This document shows positions 9,297 to 20,600 of a stretch of DNA of 45,958 bases, in pieces; within the stretch, counting starts at the first letter, position 1; each line of letters opens with the position of its first letter. This DNA is from Selaginella moellendorffii (lineage: Eukaryota; Plantae; Lycopodiophyta): assembly GCF_000143415.4 (NCBI RefSeq), contig NW_003314278.1:1149951-1195908 (forward strand), given 5' to 3'. A program made the translations under genes and the position numbers. The notes beneath the pieces are model-generated. The model saw only the letters and a list, made by a program, of their open reading frames with translations. It did not search any database and was not told where the DNA came from.

Positions 9297-10645
9297 CTGA
9301 ACTGCTCTGAAGATGTTCTCCAGCATCACATAAGGCAATGCATCACTCACAAGGCTGGACTGGCACGTAAATTCCGCAGCATGCATCCCTCGATTCATCT
9401 CCCCGTGGTTTTTGCACGCGTTAAGAAACGTTGCACATGCAACTCCATCAGCTGGACATCCTCGGCCTCTTTCAATCGCCCTAGTCGTCCGAGAGCATCA
9501 ACAATGCAGGTGTAGTGGTCTTGCGAAGGATCCAATCCATTGTCAAAGCTCATTGCCGTGAAGTAGCTTACTGCTTCCTTGACGAGCCCCAGATGGCTAC
9601 ACGCCGTCAAAACGATGGCAAACGCTGCCTTGTCGTCGTCAAAGCCGTGAAGAAACATCGCCCAAAAGAGCTGGATCGCAGAATACGCATGCCCGATCTG
9701 GGCATATGCTGCAAGAATCGTGTTCCAGGAGACCAAGTTCCAAGTTGGCATCTCATCGAACGCTTTCTTAGCATCAAGAATATTTGCATCTAGAGCATAT
9801 ACCACTAGAATTGTGTTCCATGAATAGGAATCCCAGCAGCAACACAAAGAAAACGCCCGGATCGCCTCTTTGAAACGACCTCTCTGGGCATAAAGAGCGA
9901 TTATCGCGTTCCATGAAACAAGATCTCTGTGTGGCATTTCTTCAAACAAGTGTTTTCTTGATCAGCATCACCGTTTTTCGCGTATGGCTTGATCATAATC
10001 GTCCACGAAAGTACGCTGTGCTGAGGCATACTATCAAACAAACTCTTGGCTTGAATCAAATCCCCATTTTGGGCATAGCAGCAGTGCATCGCCCCCCAGA
10101 GGATCGCGTTTCGGTGGACAATCTCCTGGAAAGACATCCTCCGCCTCCTCCACGAATCCATTCTCCGCAAACATGACGAGCATCACCGCGCGAGTGATGC
10201 TGTTCTTCTCGGGCATGGAATCAAACGCAGCCTTCGCATCGCCCACTCGCCCGCGCTGCACGAAACCCTGCACGAGGATCGTCCACGCTACCACATTCGT
10301 CTCGGGCATCCAATCCAGCACCTCTCTCGCTCGCCCAATCTCTCCGCCGAGAGCAAATCCCCGCAGCAGCGTCGCCCACGTCTTGCAGTTCCTCTCGGGC
10401 ATCGCATCAAACACCGCCTTGCTCGATCCAATCCGCCCGCAATCGCCCAGCGCCTTGATCATCGCAGTGGAGGAAACTACGTCCCACACCGCCATTCGAT
10501 TGAACGCTGCCTTGGCCTCCCCCGGATGCCCACTCTCGGCATAGGCGCTCGCGAGCGCCGTCCACGACGCGATGTTCTTGGCCGGCAATGCATCAAAGAT
10601 CCTTCTCGATTCCCCCAAATGCCCACACCGCGCGTAGACAACCAG
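9297..10645 (-). pseudogene. PLS-class PPR (E-type) pseudogene, copy 1
   Basis: FDxMPxxxxxSW repeats, ACSHLGLV, HYTCIVDALGRLGRL; frameshifts between ORFs 10034-10618, 9901-10170 and 9395-9949. Confidence 0.9.
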
Positions 10646-10886
10646 TGTGAGCTACGCGCGCCATATTTTAAATCCGGGAGATTATTCGAGGTATATTCAT
10701 CACAAGGCCTTTGCTTTTATTTGTTAGAGTTTCCTTTCTCTAGCAACTTTAAGGAGCTTCCGCGCTTCGCTCGTGGCTCCAAAGAATCACCCTAGCCAAA
10801 AAAAATTCCTCCTTCCACGACTACTACTTCGCTACACTGCTCTACCAAAATCCACCCAGCAACACTACTTACTTGTGGAGTGTGAT

Positions 10887-13155
10887 TTACAATTCCACCT
10901 CTTGCAAGTCGTCTCCAAACACTCCGGAGGAACTGGCAGCTTCGAATCCCACTGTGCCGGACTGTTGATGGTGGTGCCGATGAATCGAACTTTCCTGGTG
11001 TTGGTTTTGCTGCTGCTGCTCGACCATCACTGTGGAGTGACTTCCAGAGCTGGAGGTGGCGGCAACGAGACGGTCGACGGTGCTGCTGGATAGTGATTCG
11101 AATAGAACATTGCTGGCGAAGAGCTGCTCGAGAGATGATCAGGTGTTGGCCCCGGATCGTTTCTCATATCCTGTACAACCGGCTGAGCGAATGCTCCATT
11201 CCCGTTTGAGAACGCCGTGTCGGAGACAAAGGCCGGTGCCGAGGAAGGATCCACCGAATGGTTGCTGTTGATATCTGGAGCAGCGGCAGCAGCGGCCGCA
11301 GGCACGAAAAATCTCGCTGGAGCCAAAGGCTTTGCGCTTGCCTTTGGCACCACGCCAAACAGTGGAGGAGAGTCCGATGATGTCTTGGATGGTGTTACGC
11401 TACCTTTGTTGAATGTATCGACATATCTGCAAAACCCTCGTGAGATTGGAGTGCTGGGAATGACCAAAACGGTACCTTGATCTAACGTTTTGACGTGCGC
11501 GAGCTGCGTACTGGTTACTGCTCGGAGGCATTGGTGGGATTCCACTCACAACCGGTTGCGCCCTTTCTGGAGTTGGCTGTGGTCTCTCCGGAGACATGGA
11601 AATAGGAGCGCCGTTCTCCTCCACGCGCGAGACGAGCTTGTTTGCCGTGGGAGGAGGAGCCAACGGAAGGTCTGGCGCTTGTGCCTCGGCTCCTTCTTCA
11701 ACCCAGCGCTTCAGTGTCTCGTCGTATCTAAACTTGTTGCTGTCACCAAGCTTTGCCTGCATCACATACCCGACCATCAATCAGCTAGCTCTCTTTCCAA
11801 AGCTTCTACAAACCTCCTTCGAAGGTGTTTTTATGAAGCCCATCGCTCTTTGCACGAAAGAAGTAAAGACGCCTCTGTTTGGCGTTCCTTTTGCTGGACT
11901 AACGATCTGATGAAAGAATACAAGTCTTAATCGAAGGCACACAAGAGCAAGTCGAGTTACCTGTGCAGGCCTAAAGTCAGGCTCAGAAATGCTTCTCGCT
12001 GGCATGTTGGATCTTTTCGTATTATCACTTATGGGTTCCATTGATGCCGATGAGGCAAGTATACACTGCTTCTGCTAGAAGCTGTTGCAGGACAGTTATT
12101 AATATCAGCATTATCGGAAGCTTTTGGGATCATCTTGTGTAGATCAATATTGCCAAAAAACCGTAGGAAAGTGAGTATAAAAGCCGAGTGTCCGCTTACA
12201 AACCTGAGAGTGGATACGAAGACGCTTTTCCAAGGCTACAGCCGCTTCTTTGCACATATCAGCTGCATGGCCCGCTGTTTTCAATGTTTTCCAATACCTT
12301 CGAAGAGAAACCTTGTGTTAACGAAGCATACAGTTAAAAATCACTACCAACCTTAAAGCTTCGTTTATCTTTCCAGCTTCAGCAAGCATCGACGCATAAA
12401 TAAGCTTGTATGGCTGAAAAGGAGGTAAAATAAACTGGGAATTGCCGGTCACTCTTGCAAATTCGTACACTTCCATTCGCTGATGAAGAAAAGGTTAACA
12501 ATTGTTATTGAGGACAAACACGGCTTACCTGGATAGCTTCTGGACTAGCGTACGTGCGTGGATACTTACAATCGTCGGCACCTATAAGACAAAGTCTGGC
12601 ACAAGGGGAGAAAGGCTCAAAATGCAAGAAGATAGCAAATATGGGCTCCACATATCTCAACGTGTGACCATGTATATACCTCATCTCGATGTCTCCAGAG
12701 ACGCTGGAACCGGTTGAGGTTGAAGAGCTGTTACGTTCGACGAATTAGTGTTCCCTACGAACACTCCGGCATGTTGACCAGCACAAAGAAGAGTTAGAGC
12801 CCGGAGGGGAAACCCTGGTTGAAACTGACGTTGAGCCATCTCCGCTATAGTGTCGGTGTAGAACTATTAAAAACCACAAGACCATCACTAACGGTCTATA
12901 CATCAAAGCTACAAGACAAGGTACCTTCTCTCCCAGCTGCCGGGCCATAAGAAGAGCACATCCCCAAAGTTGCCCGCCTTGAGCAGCCCGTAAAGCCTCT
13001 TTCTGCTTTCCGGCAATCAGTAGCCTTTTCACCTCAAATGCAGTTGCCTGTCGCCAGAAAGTTGTCGTTTGTATCAACTCAAGAGAAAAAGACTGCCCAA
13101 CCTGTATTTGCTGTTCGGTTGGAGTTGTCTGTAGACAGCGAGAGCCAAAAGCCCA
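10887..13155 (-). pseudogene. SEC16: SEC16 (COPII/ER exit-site scaffold) 3' half with short introns, 5'-truncated
   Basis: LWGCALLMARQLG, RSISEPDF, AKLGDSNKFRYDETLKRWVEEG, RSRYVDTFN and C-terminal DLQEVEL-stop; apparent frameshift near 11050. Confidence 0.85.
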
Positions 13156-13861
13156 TGACTCTACATCGCGCTCCTCCTTTATGTTCTCAAACAAAGCCTT
13201 GGCTTCTTCCAAATGCCCTTTTCTGGCAAATGCCGTGACGAGGGCAGTCTGCGCAACGATCGTCTTCACGGGCATCCGATCAAACAAATCCTTGACAGAA
13301 GATATCTTTCCACTGCGGATGCAAAGCGTGATCATCACATTTCAAGAGATCTCGCTCTTCTCTGGAGCCAATTCGAAAATCTCTCGCGTTATCAAGATGC
13401 CCGTTGTCGGCATATGCCGTGACGATCGAGTTCCACGTGGAGGCATCTCGCCGGAGCATCCCATCGAACGTTCTGCGCGCTCGATTTAGATCTTTCGCCT
13501 GTGCGTAGGCCTGGATCATGATGTTGGAGGAGAAGAGCTTAGGATTCTCTATGGATTCCAAGATTGCACGGGCGTCATCGACGCTGCCGCATTTGCCATA
13601 CATCTGGAAGAGCAGATTCGCGAGGTATTTGTTGCGGCGGTGCTCGCTCTGCGCAATGCGGGCGTGGATTTGCCTCCCCTGTGAGAGCAAGCAATCCTCT
13701 GAGGTGTCTGTGGAAATCACGAATTGGGGAAGAGCAATGCCATAAACTTTGCTGGATCTCACACACATTCGCGATTCGCGAGGTATTCCTTGCGAGAATC
13801 CGAGAATCCTGGACGGAGAAAGAACATTCCAATCTAGCTTAAGAAGAAGAAGATAATCCAT
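13153..13861 (-). pseudogene. PLS-class PPR N-terminal fragment fused to SEC16
   Basis: GRQIHARI...LANLLFQMYGKCGSVDDARAI; frameshift and stop near 13340-13380. Confidence 0.85.
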
Positions 13862-13976
13862 CTTGCCTTGCAAGAACAAGGACACCCTGGAAGAAGCAAA
13901 GATTTTACTCTCTGGTGACAATTCCTCTACTCCACTGGGCTTATAAGATTGGCTCTCTCCTCCATTCTCTATAGCA

Positions 13977-15671
13977 ATGAATTTCCATCTCTCTTTCTTG
14001 CTCCTCGAGATACTAGTGTTCTTGAGAGCTGTCGCCCTAAATTCGCCCCCACCGCTCCCTCTCCGCCCAATTCCCTCATGGCGCCAGCTCCAGTTCCACT
14101 CGCGCCGCCTCTCGATGTTCTTCCACTTCGGCGTCAACACATTCACGGACTCGGAGCGTGGATCCGGCCACGAATCGCCCTCCATCTTCAACCCGGAGCG
14201 ATTGAATGCGTCGCAGTAGATGGACGTGGCCCAATCCGCGGGCGCGCAGCTCGTGATCCTCACGGTCAAGCACCACGACGGGTTCTGCCTGTGGCCCTCG
14301 GCCTACACCAATTTCTCCGTGGCTAGCAGCTCTTGGCGAGGAGGGAAGGGGGATGTGGTGGCCGAGTTCGTGGCCGCCGCCAGGGAGCGTGGATTGGACG
14401 TGAGCTTTTACCTCTCGCCATGGGATTTGCACGAGAGCTGCTATGGCGACACTCTTCTCTAGCACGAGTTCTACTTGGAGAGCTTCTTACTGGGTGAGTG
14501 AGACATTCTTTGCTTCTTCTTCACGCAGTTTTCTTGGTGGCATGATCACTGTGTGATATGTTTGCATTTGCTCCAGCCCATCAAACGGTTTTAGCATTAG
14601 GAGCTCGCGAGCTTGTGGGCTTTTGTAGTTTTCATCTCTAGCAGCAGATGCCTTGACGCGGCATTTTGTTTCGGCGTGCAGATATGGGCCGATCTCCGAG
14701 GTGTGGCTGGATGGTGCGAAATCACCCACTGCAGTGAACATGACCTACGATTTTGAGCCCTGGTTTGACACGATTCATCCCCGGTGCCAACATCTTTTCT
14801 GACGCCAACGTCCCCGACATCCGATGGGTTGGGAACGAGTATGGCGAGGCCGGACAACCATGCTGGGCGATGGCGAACAGATCTTCCATTACGATCGGCA
14901 GGAGCGATGGCCAGTACGTAAAATCCATCCTTCCATGAAACCTTCGTTCTCGTGAAACTCGATCCAATTCGCAACATCAACAGGTACTTGATGTCTGGAG
15001 AGAGTGCTGGAACCGACTGGCTCCCTCCGGAGTGCGATATCTCCATCAGGCCCGGTTGGTTTTGGCACAGGAACGAGGCTCCAAAATCCCTGGAGCAGCT
15101 GCTCGACGTTTTCTACAAATCATCCGCCAGGAACTGCTTGCTCCTGCTCAACGTCCCTCCAAACTCGTCGGGACTGATCGACGAATCCGACTTCCAGACG
15201 CTGGAGCGGTTTAGCTCCGCCATAGATTCCATCTTCAGCGTCAACTTAGCAGCGAATCCCTTGTCCGTGACAGCAAGCAGCGTTCGCAGCTCTTCGTTCA
15301 GGCCGAAGAAAATCCTTGACGAGCGTATGGAAACTTTCCGGGCTCCAATGCAAGGGGAGTCGACCGGCTGGATCGAGCTTGATCTTGGCAAGGTCTCAAA
15401 GTTCAACGCACTGGAGATCCGAGAGCCAGTAAACATGGGACAAAGGGTCATGGAATATCTCGTCGAGACATGGGACAGCGAGCTGGGCTGGTACCTGGTG
15501 AGCAACGGTAGCACCATTGGTTACAGGAAAGTGGATCGACTGGAAGAGGATCAAGTATGCGCTGCTCGCCTCGTTTGACTGCTGATTGACGCGTCGCAGG
15601 GAGATCCATTGATCTGCTTCTTTGGTTTGTACTTCGATATGTACAACCTCAGGCACTTGTCTTCTATTTAG
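13977..15671 (+). pseudogene. FUC1: Alpha-L-fucosidase (GH29, FUC1-like) pseudogene with introns
   Basis: Signal peptide, MFFHFGVNTFTD, KHHDGFCLWPS, YLSPWD, DIRWVGNE, ECDISIRPGWFW, LLLNVPP; premature stops at 14217, 14460 and 15576. Confidence 0.9.
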
Positions 15672-15970
15672 AAGAGAAACTACAAGAGGATATGTATATT
15701 TCATGGATACAGTTTTCAGGTATGAGAAACATAGCTTTGGTTTGGAAATCCCTGGCCTGATCAATAACAGTCTCTTTGGCACAAGCAGGGTGCGCCTCTC
15801 AAGGCATCCAAATCTGTTCTAGCTCCCATTTGGAAATAAGAAAGATTACAAGTGCCATTTCCTACTCATCCATTCCCTTTGAAAACTTTCTTTCTATTCT
15901 GCAGGGTGGAGTTTTACATATAATGTTGTTGTCACAAATAATTATAAAGCAAGTATAAGAGAATATTGCT

Positions 15971-17835
15971 TCTTCAATGGCAACTAGCACTTTGTAAAAT
16001 GTTTTGTGACCAACTATTCCCTTCTCTTCCAATATCATGGAATATAAGTATATGAAAATTTTCAAAACTATCATGTTGGAGTACAATCTTAATCATTCTT
16101 AAACTCTTAGGAATACTAGACTCAACTCTTCAGTTCCCTTTAATCTTTCAGTCACTCCAAATCCAGGATTGGTATTCAGATTTAGAATATTGCACTAGCC
16201 TTTTGAGACAAGGATAATTAGTTGTTATTTCAATCTACATTGAGTTATAATTTAAATAGATTGCTACTTTGTCCTCTATGACATGCTAGATGGAGAAAAA
16301 GTGTTATATAAGATCATATTTTTTATGCATTCCCCAAGTATTCTTTACAATTCAAATATTTATTTTAATAGATTTTTTTTCTGCAGGCTATTTGCAAAAG
16401 AACACCAAACAGCTGATTGCATAAATAGAAGATGATGGTCATATTAGATTATGGTTTTCAAATGATTCTTTCACAAGGCACACATATCATATTTTTATAT
16501 TCTTTATTTTTCCACAATACCTATCTTTTATAGCTTCAGTTTTGAGTATTTCTTCAATGTAGGCACTATATTTTTGGTTTGCTTAATAGACACTGCACAT
16601 GTGACTATCACAGTCAAATTGTGATGGCCACATCAGCAATTTGAATTAACGCTGCCTTAGTACATGTCACTGTCACTGTCATTTTGTTAACAGTGGCATT
16701 GTGACAATGATATCAATTTGAATGTTTTTCAAAACTAGCCCAGCTGGTTGACCACCATGAAACCTACAATAGCAAGTTAAAATGTGATGTGGCAGTTATT
16801 TCCTCCTACCACTGCATCACTCCTAACAGATTGGAGCCAAGAGAACAACCAAAAAAAATCAAGAGCTAGCCCTCTACCCTTTGAGCTTGTGGAAAATGGA
16901 GGTGGCAGCTGGTTAAACTTGAGAAGTTAGCTTGTCTGGAGGTTGCTCCTGCTTCCTCGCCACAAAATCACACCTGCAAACACACGTCCAAACATTGAAT
17001 TAGTAGTTCTCAGATTTAAAAGCTTTGAAAATAAATTAGAACATCTTTTTGCCGAAACCGTCGGTCAACTATATGTAGTCAACGTGACGACCATTATTAA
17101 AATGTTTTTAATTTATAAACACAAAATTATTCTAAATAATTATCAACAATTAAATTATAGAATATTCAAGAATACCCAGGTATATCCTATCTTGGTTTGC
17201 TTAAACAAACCAAAAATATAGTGCCTAAATTGAAGAAATACTCAAAGGTGTAAATGACTATAACTTAACTGAAGCCATAAAAGATAGGTATTGTGGAAAA
17301 TTAAAGAATATAAATATAACAAAATTGATATGTGTGCAAATACTAAACAGGTCATACACCTTGTGGGTGTTCTTTTGCAAATAGCCTGCAGAAAAAAAGC
17401 TATTAAAATAAATATTTGATTTGTAAAGAATACTTGATGCATTAAAAATATGAGCTTATATAACACTTTTTCTCTATCTAGCATGTCATAGAGGACAAAG
17501 TAGCAATCTATTTAAATTATAACTCAATGTAGATTAAAATCACTAAAGGATGATCCTAATGATTCAAAACAACTATTATACTTGTCTCAAAAGACTAGCA
17601 ATATTCTAATCTGAATACCAATCCTGGATTTAGAATGATGCTAGACTGGAAGATTAAAGGGAACTGAAGTATATCTCTAGTTGAGTCTAGTATTTCTAAG
17701 AGTTTAAGAATGATTAAGATTGTACTCCAATATGTTAGTTTTGAAAATTTTCATATACTTATATTCCATGATATTGGAAGAGAAGGGAATAGATTGGTCA
17801 CGAAACATTGAACAAGTGCTAGTTGCCATTGAAGA
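15971..17835. repeat. Long inverted repeat: arms 15971-16586 and 17201-17835, spacer ~615 bp
   Basis: Arms are reverse complements with scattered substitutions and indels. Confidence 0.9.
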
Positions 17836-18270
17836 TGGGCTCATTGCAGTAAGGTGATAGCTCGTTCCCATTGCCTTCCTTTTGTATCCTATCTCCCTCA
17901 TTGCCTCCCAACATGCTTCATATGTTCTCCTCTCTGTGTTCCATATGTTATCCTCTCCGCTTGCAAAGCATTGCACAGCATGTTGCTGGAGCTGGGCCTC
18001 AGCCCATTCGTTGATGGCTAGCATTTACGAAGGCTTCATTGGATGTTGATACAGAGAATTAAGTTTAAAGACAATTGGCCCACTTTTATGATGGGCTTAA
18101 TTTATGTTGACTGGATTGTTCTTTGCAAAGCATGTATGCAAGGCGATTTTACAAGGAAATTTATCAAATCTTCCGCAAAGTCAATGCCATAATCTGTCAA
18201 GAACCAAATCCTTGGAGAGCTTTAGGAATTAATATATGCATAATGAAGGATAGTTAAGTAATTTGATGAT
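17833..18270 (-). repeat. Inverted duplicate of ~8545-8934
   Basis: Reverse-complement match, e.g. ...GGAAATTTATCAAATCTTCCGCAAAGTCAATGCC... Confidence 0.88.
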
Positions 18271-18449
18271 GAGAAGTTTGACATATGTTATCAAACATAT
18301 TATCTAGCATAGCAATCAGGGATGCTCAACATCCCAAACAATTCTCCCCATTGGAAATAAGAAATATCACAAGTGCCATTTCCTACTCATCCATTCCCTT
18401 CGAAAACTTTCTTTCTATTCTGCAGGGTGGAGTTTTATATATAATGTTG

Positions 18450-20210
18450 CCACCCACGCCTCAAACGCAAGCTTTCCACACCACTACTTCCCACTTTCAA
18501 CAAGAGCTCATGAGAGACTTCCACGGCTCACACTCACCGGCATGGTCTTGAGAATCTGGATTGCCACGCCTAGCATGGCACTGATGTGGAGCAGGAGGAG
18601 CACAGTGCTGCTGCTGAAATTCACAACAGCAGCATTGGATCTTGCATTGCTGACTATAGCAAACCCACTGCACTTAACATTCCAGATGCATGGGACACCA
18701 CAGACTCATACGCGAGAGGCGGAGGACTATGCTCCTCATGAAGACTCTCCTATGCTCAATCCTCTGTGCGTCCTGCTCTCCATCCATGGGGGATGGGGCG
18801 GCTCACGGAATGGCTGGATATCAACGATTGATGTTTGGGTCAACACATCAAGTCTAAACTGCTCTGAAGATGTTCTCCAGCATCACATAAGGCAATGCAT
18901 CACTCACAAGGCTGGACTGGCACGTAAATTCCGCAGCATGCATCCCTCGATTCATCTCCCCGTGGTTTTTACACGCAGTAAGAAACGTTGCCCATGCAAC
19001 TCCATCAGCTGGCAAAGGCATATTCTCCAGGACATCCTCGGCCTCTTCCAATCGCCCTAGCCGTCCTAGAGCATCAACAATGCAGGTGTAGTGGTCTTGC
19101 GAAGGGTCCAATCCATTGTCAAAGCTCATTGGTGTGAAGTAGCTTACTGCTTCCTTGACGAGCCCCAGATGGCTACACGCCGTCAAAACGATGGCAAACG
19201 CTACCTTGTCGGGATCAAAGCCGTGAAGAAACATCACCCAAAAGAGCTGGATCACAGAATACGCATGGCCGGTCTGGGCATATGCTGCTAGCATCGTGTT
19301 CCAGGAGACCAAAATCCAAGTTGGTATTCTATCAAACGTCTTCTTCGCCTCAAAATATTTGCATCTAAAGCGTATACCACGAGAATTGTGTTCCATGAAT
19401 AGGAATCCCACCAGCAACACAAAGAAAACGCTCGTATAGCGTCTTTGAAACGACCTTTCTGGGCATAAACAGCGATTATCGAGTTCCATGAAACAAGATC
19501 TCTGTGTGGCATTGCTTCAAACAATTGTTATCCTTGATCAGCGTCACCTTTTTGCGCGTGTGACTTGATCATAATCGTCCACGAAAGTATGCAGTGCAGA
19601 GGCATCCTATCAAACAAACTCTTGGCTTGAATCAAATCCCCATTTTGGGCATAGCAGCAGTGCATCGGATCGCGTTTCGGTGGACAATCTCCTGGAAGAC
19701 ATCCTCCGACTCCTCCACGAATCCATTCTCCGCAAACATGACGAGCATCACCGCGCGAGTGATGCTGTTCTTCTCGGGCATGGAATCAAACGCGGCCTTC
19801 GCATCGCCCACTTGCCCACGCTGCACGAAACTCTGCACGAGGATCGTCCACGCTACNNNNNNNNNNNNNNNNNNNNNNNNNNNNNNNNNNNNNNNNNNNN
19901 NNNNNNNNNNNNNNNNNNNNNNNNNNNNNNNNNNNNNNNNNNNNNNNNNNNNNNNNNNNNNNNNNNNNNNNNNNNNNNNNNNNNNNNNNNNNNNNNNNNN
20001 NNNNNNNNNNNNNNNNNNNNNNNNNNNNNNGTGGAGGAAACTACGTCCTGCACTGCCATTTGATCGAACGCTGCCTTGGCCTCGCCCGGATGCCCACTCT
20101 CGGCATACGCGCTCGCAAGCGCTGTCCACGACGCGATGTTCTTGGCCGGCAATGCATCAAAGATCCTTCTCGATTCCTCCAAATGCCCACACTGCGCGTA
20201 GACAACCAGC
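18450..20210 (+). repeat. Direct duplicate of 8935-10645
   Basis: Colinear match starting at CCACCC(G/A)CGCCTCAAACGC. Confidence 0.92.
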
Positions 20211-20218
20211 GTTTCCAT
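18854..20218 (-). pseudogene. PLS-class PPR (E-type) pseudogene, copy 2 (contains gap 19857-20030)
   Basis: Paralog of 9297-10645 with different frameshifts; keeps the E-motif MPLPADGVAWATFLTACKNHG. Confidence 0.9.
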
Positions 20219-20600
20219 ACATAATATCTATACTGATGACTTATGAATAGTAAACACAAGTCATAAAGGTCAAGTACAAAAGACTTGCTATAATGAAACT
20301 TCAAACAATTAAACACTGAATAGAGGAAATTGCTAAGCCAAAGTCCACCAAGATCATTACATTTATACTATTTATGACTCCAGCAAAAACTAACATAAAC
20401 TACTCATCCTCCATTAATTCTATATTGCATGTTATGAAAGAGAGTGGAGGAGAGAGAATAGGAGGACTTTTGTTATTTGTTGGTGATAGAGAAGAAGCAC
20501 AAGAAATAGAACTTCTATTATCCATAAATGTCAAAAGAGCATAAGTATATTTTTAGCATGGCAGAAGTTCTAGTGTTATTCCTCACATCATGAACAATTG

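Noticed and set aside
13280-14269. 329-aa ORF as one gene
   Set aside because: The N-terminal part is antisense to the fucosidase exon; only ~13340-13700 is PPR
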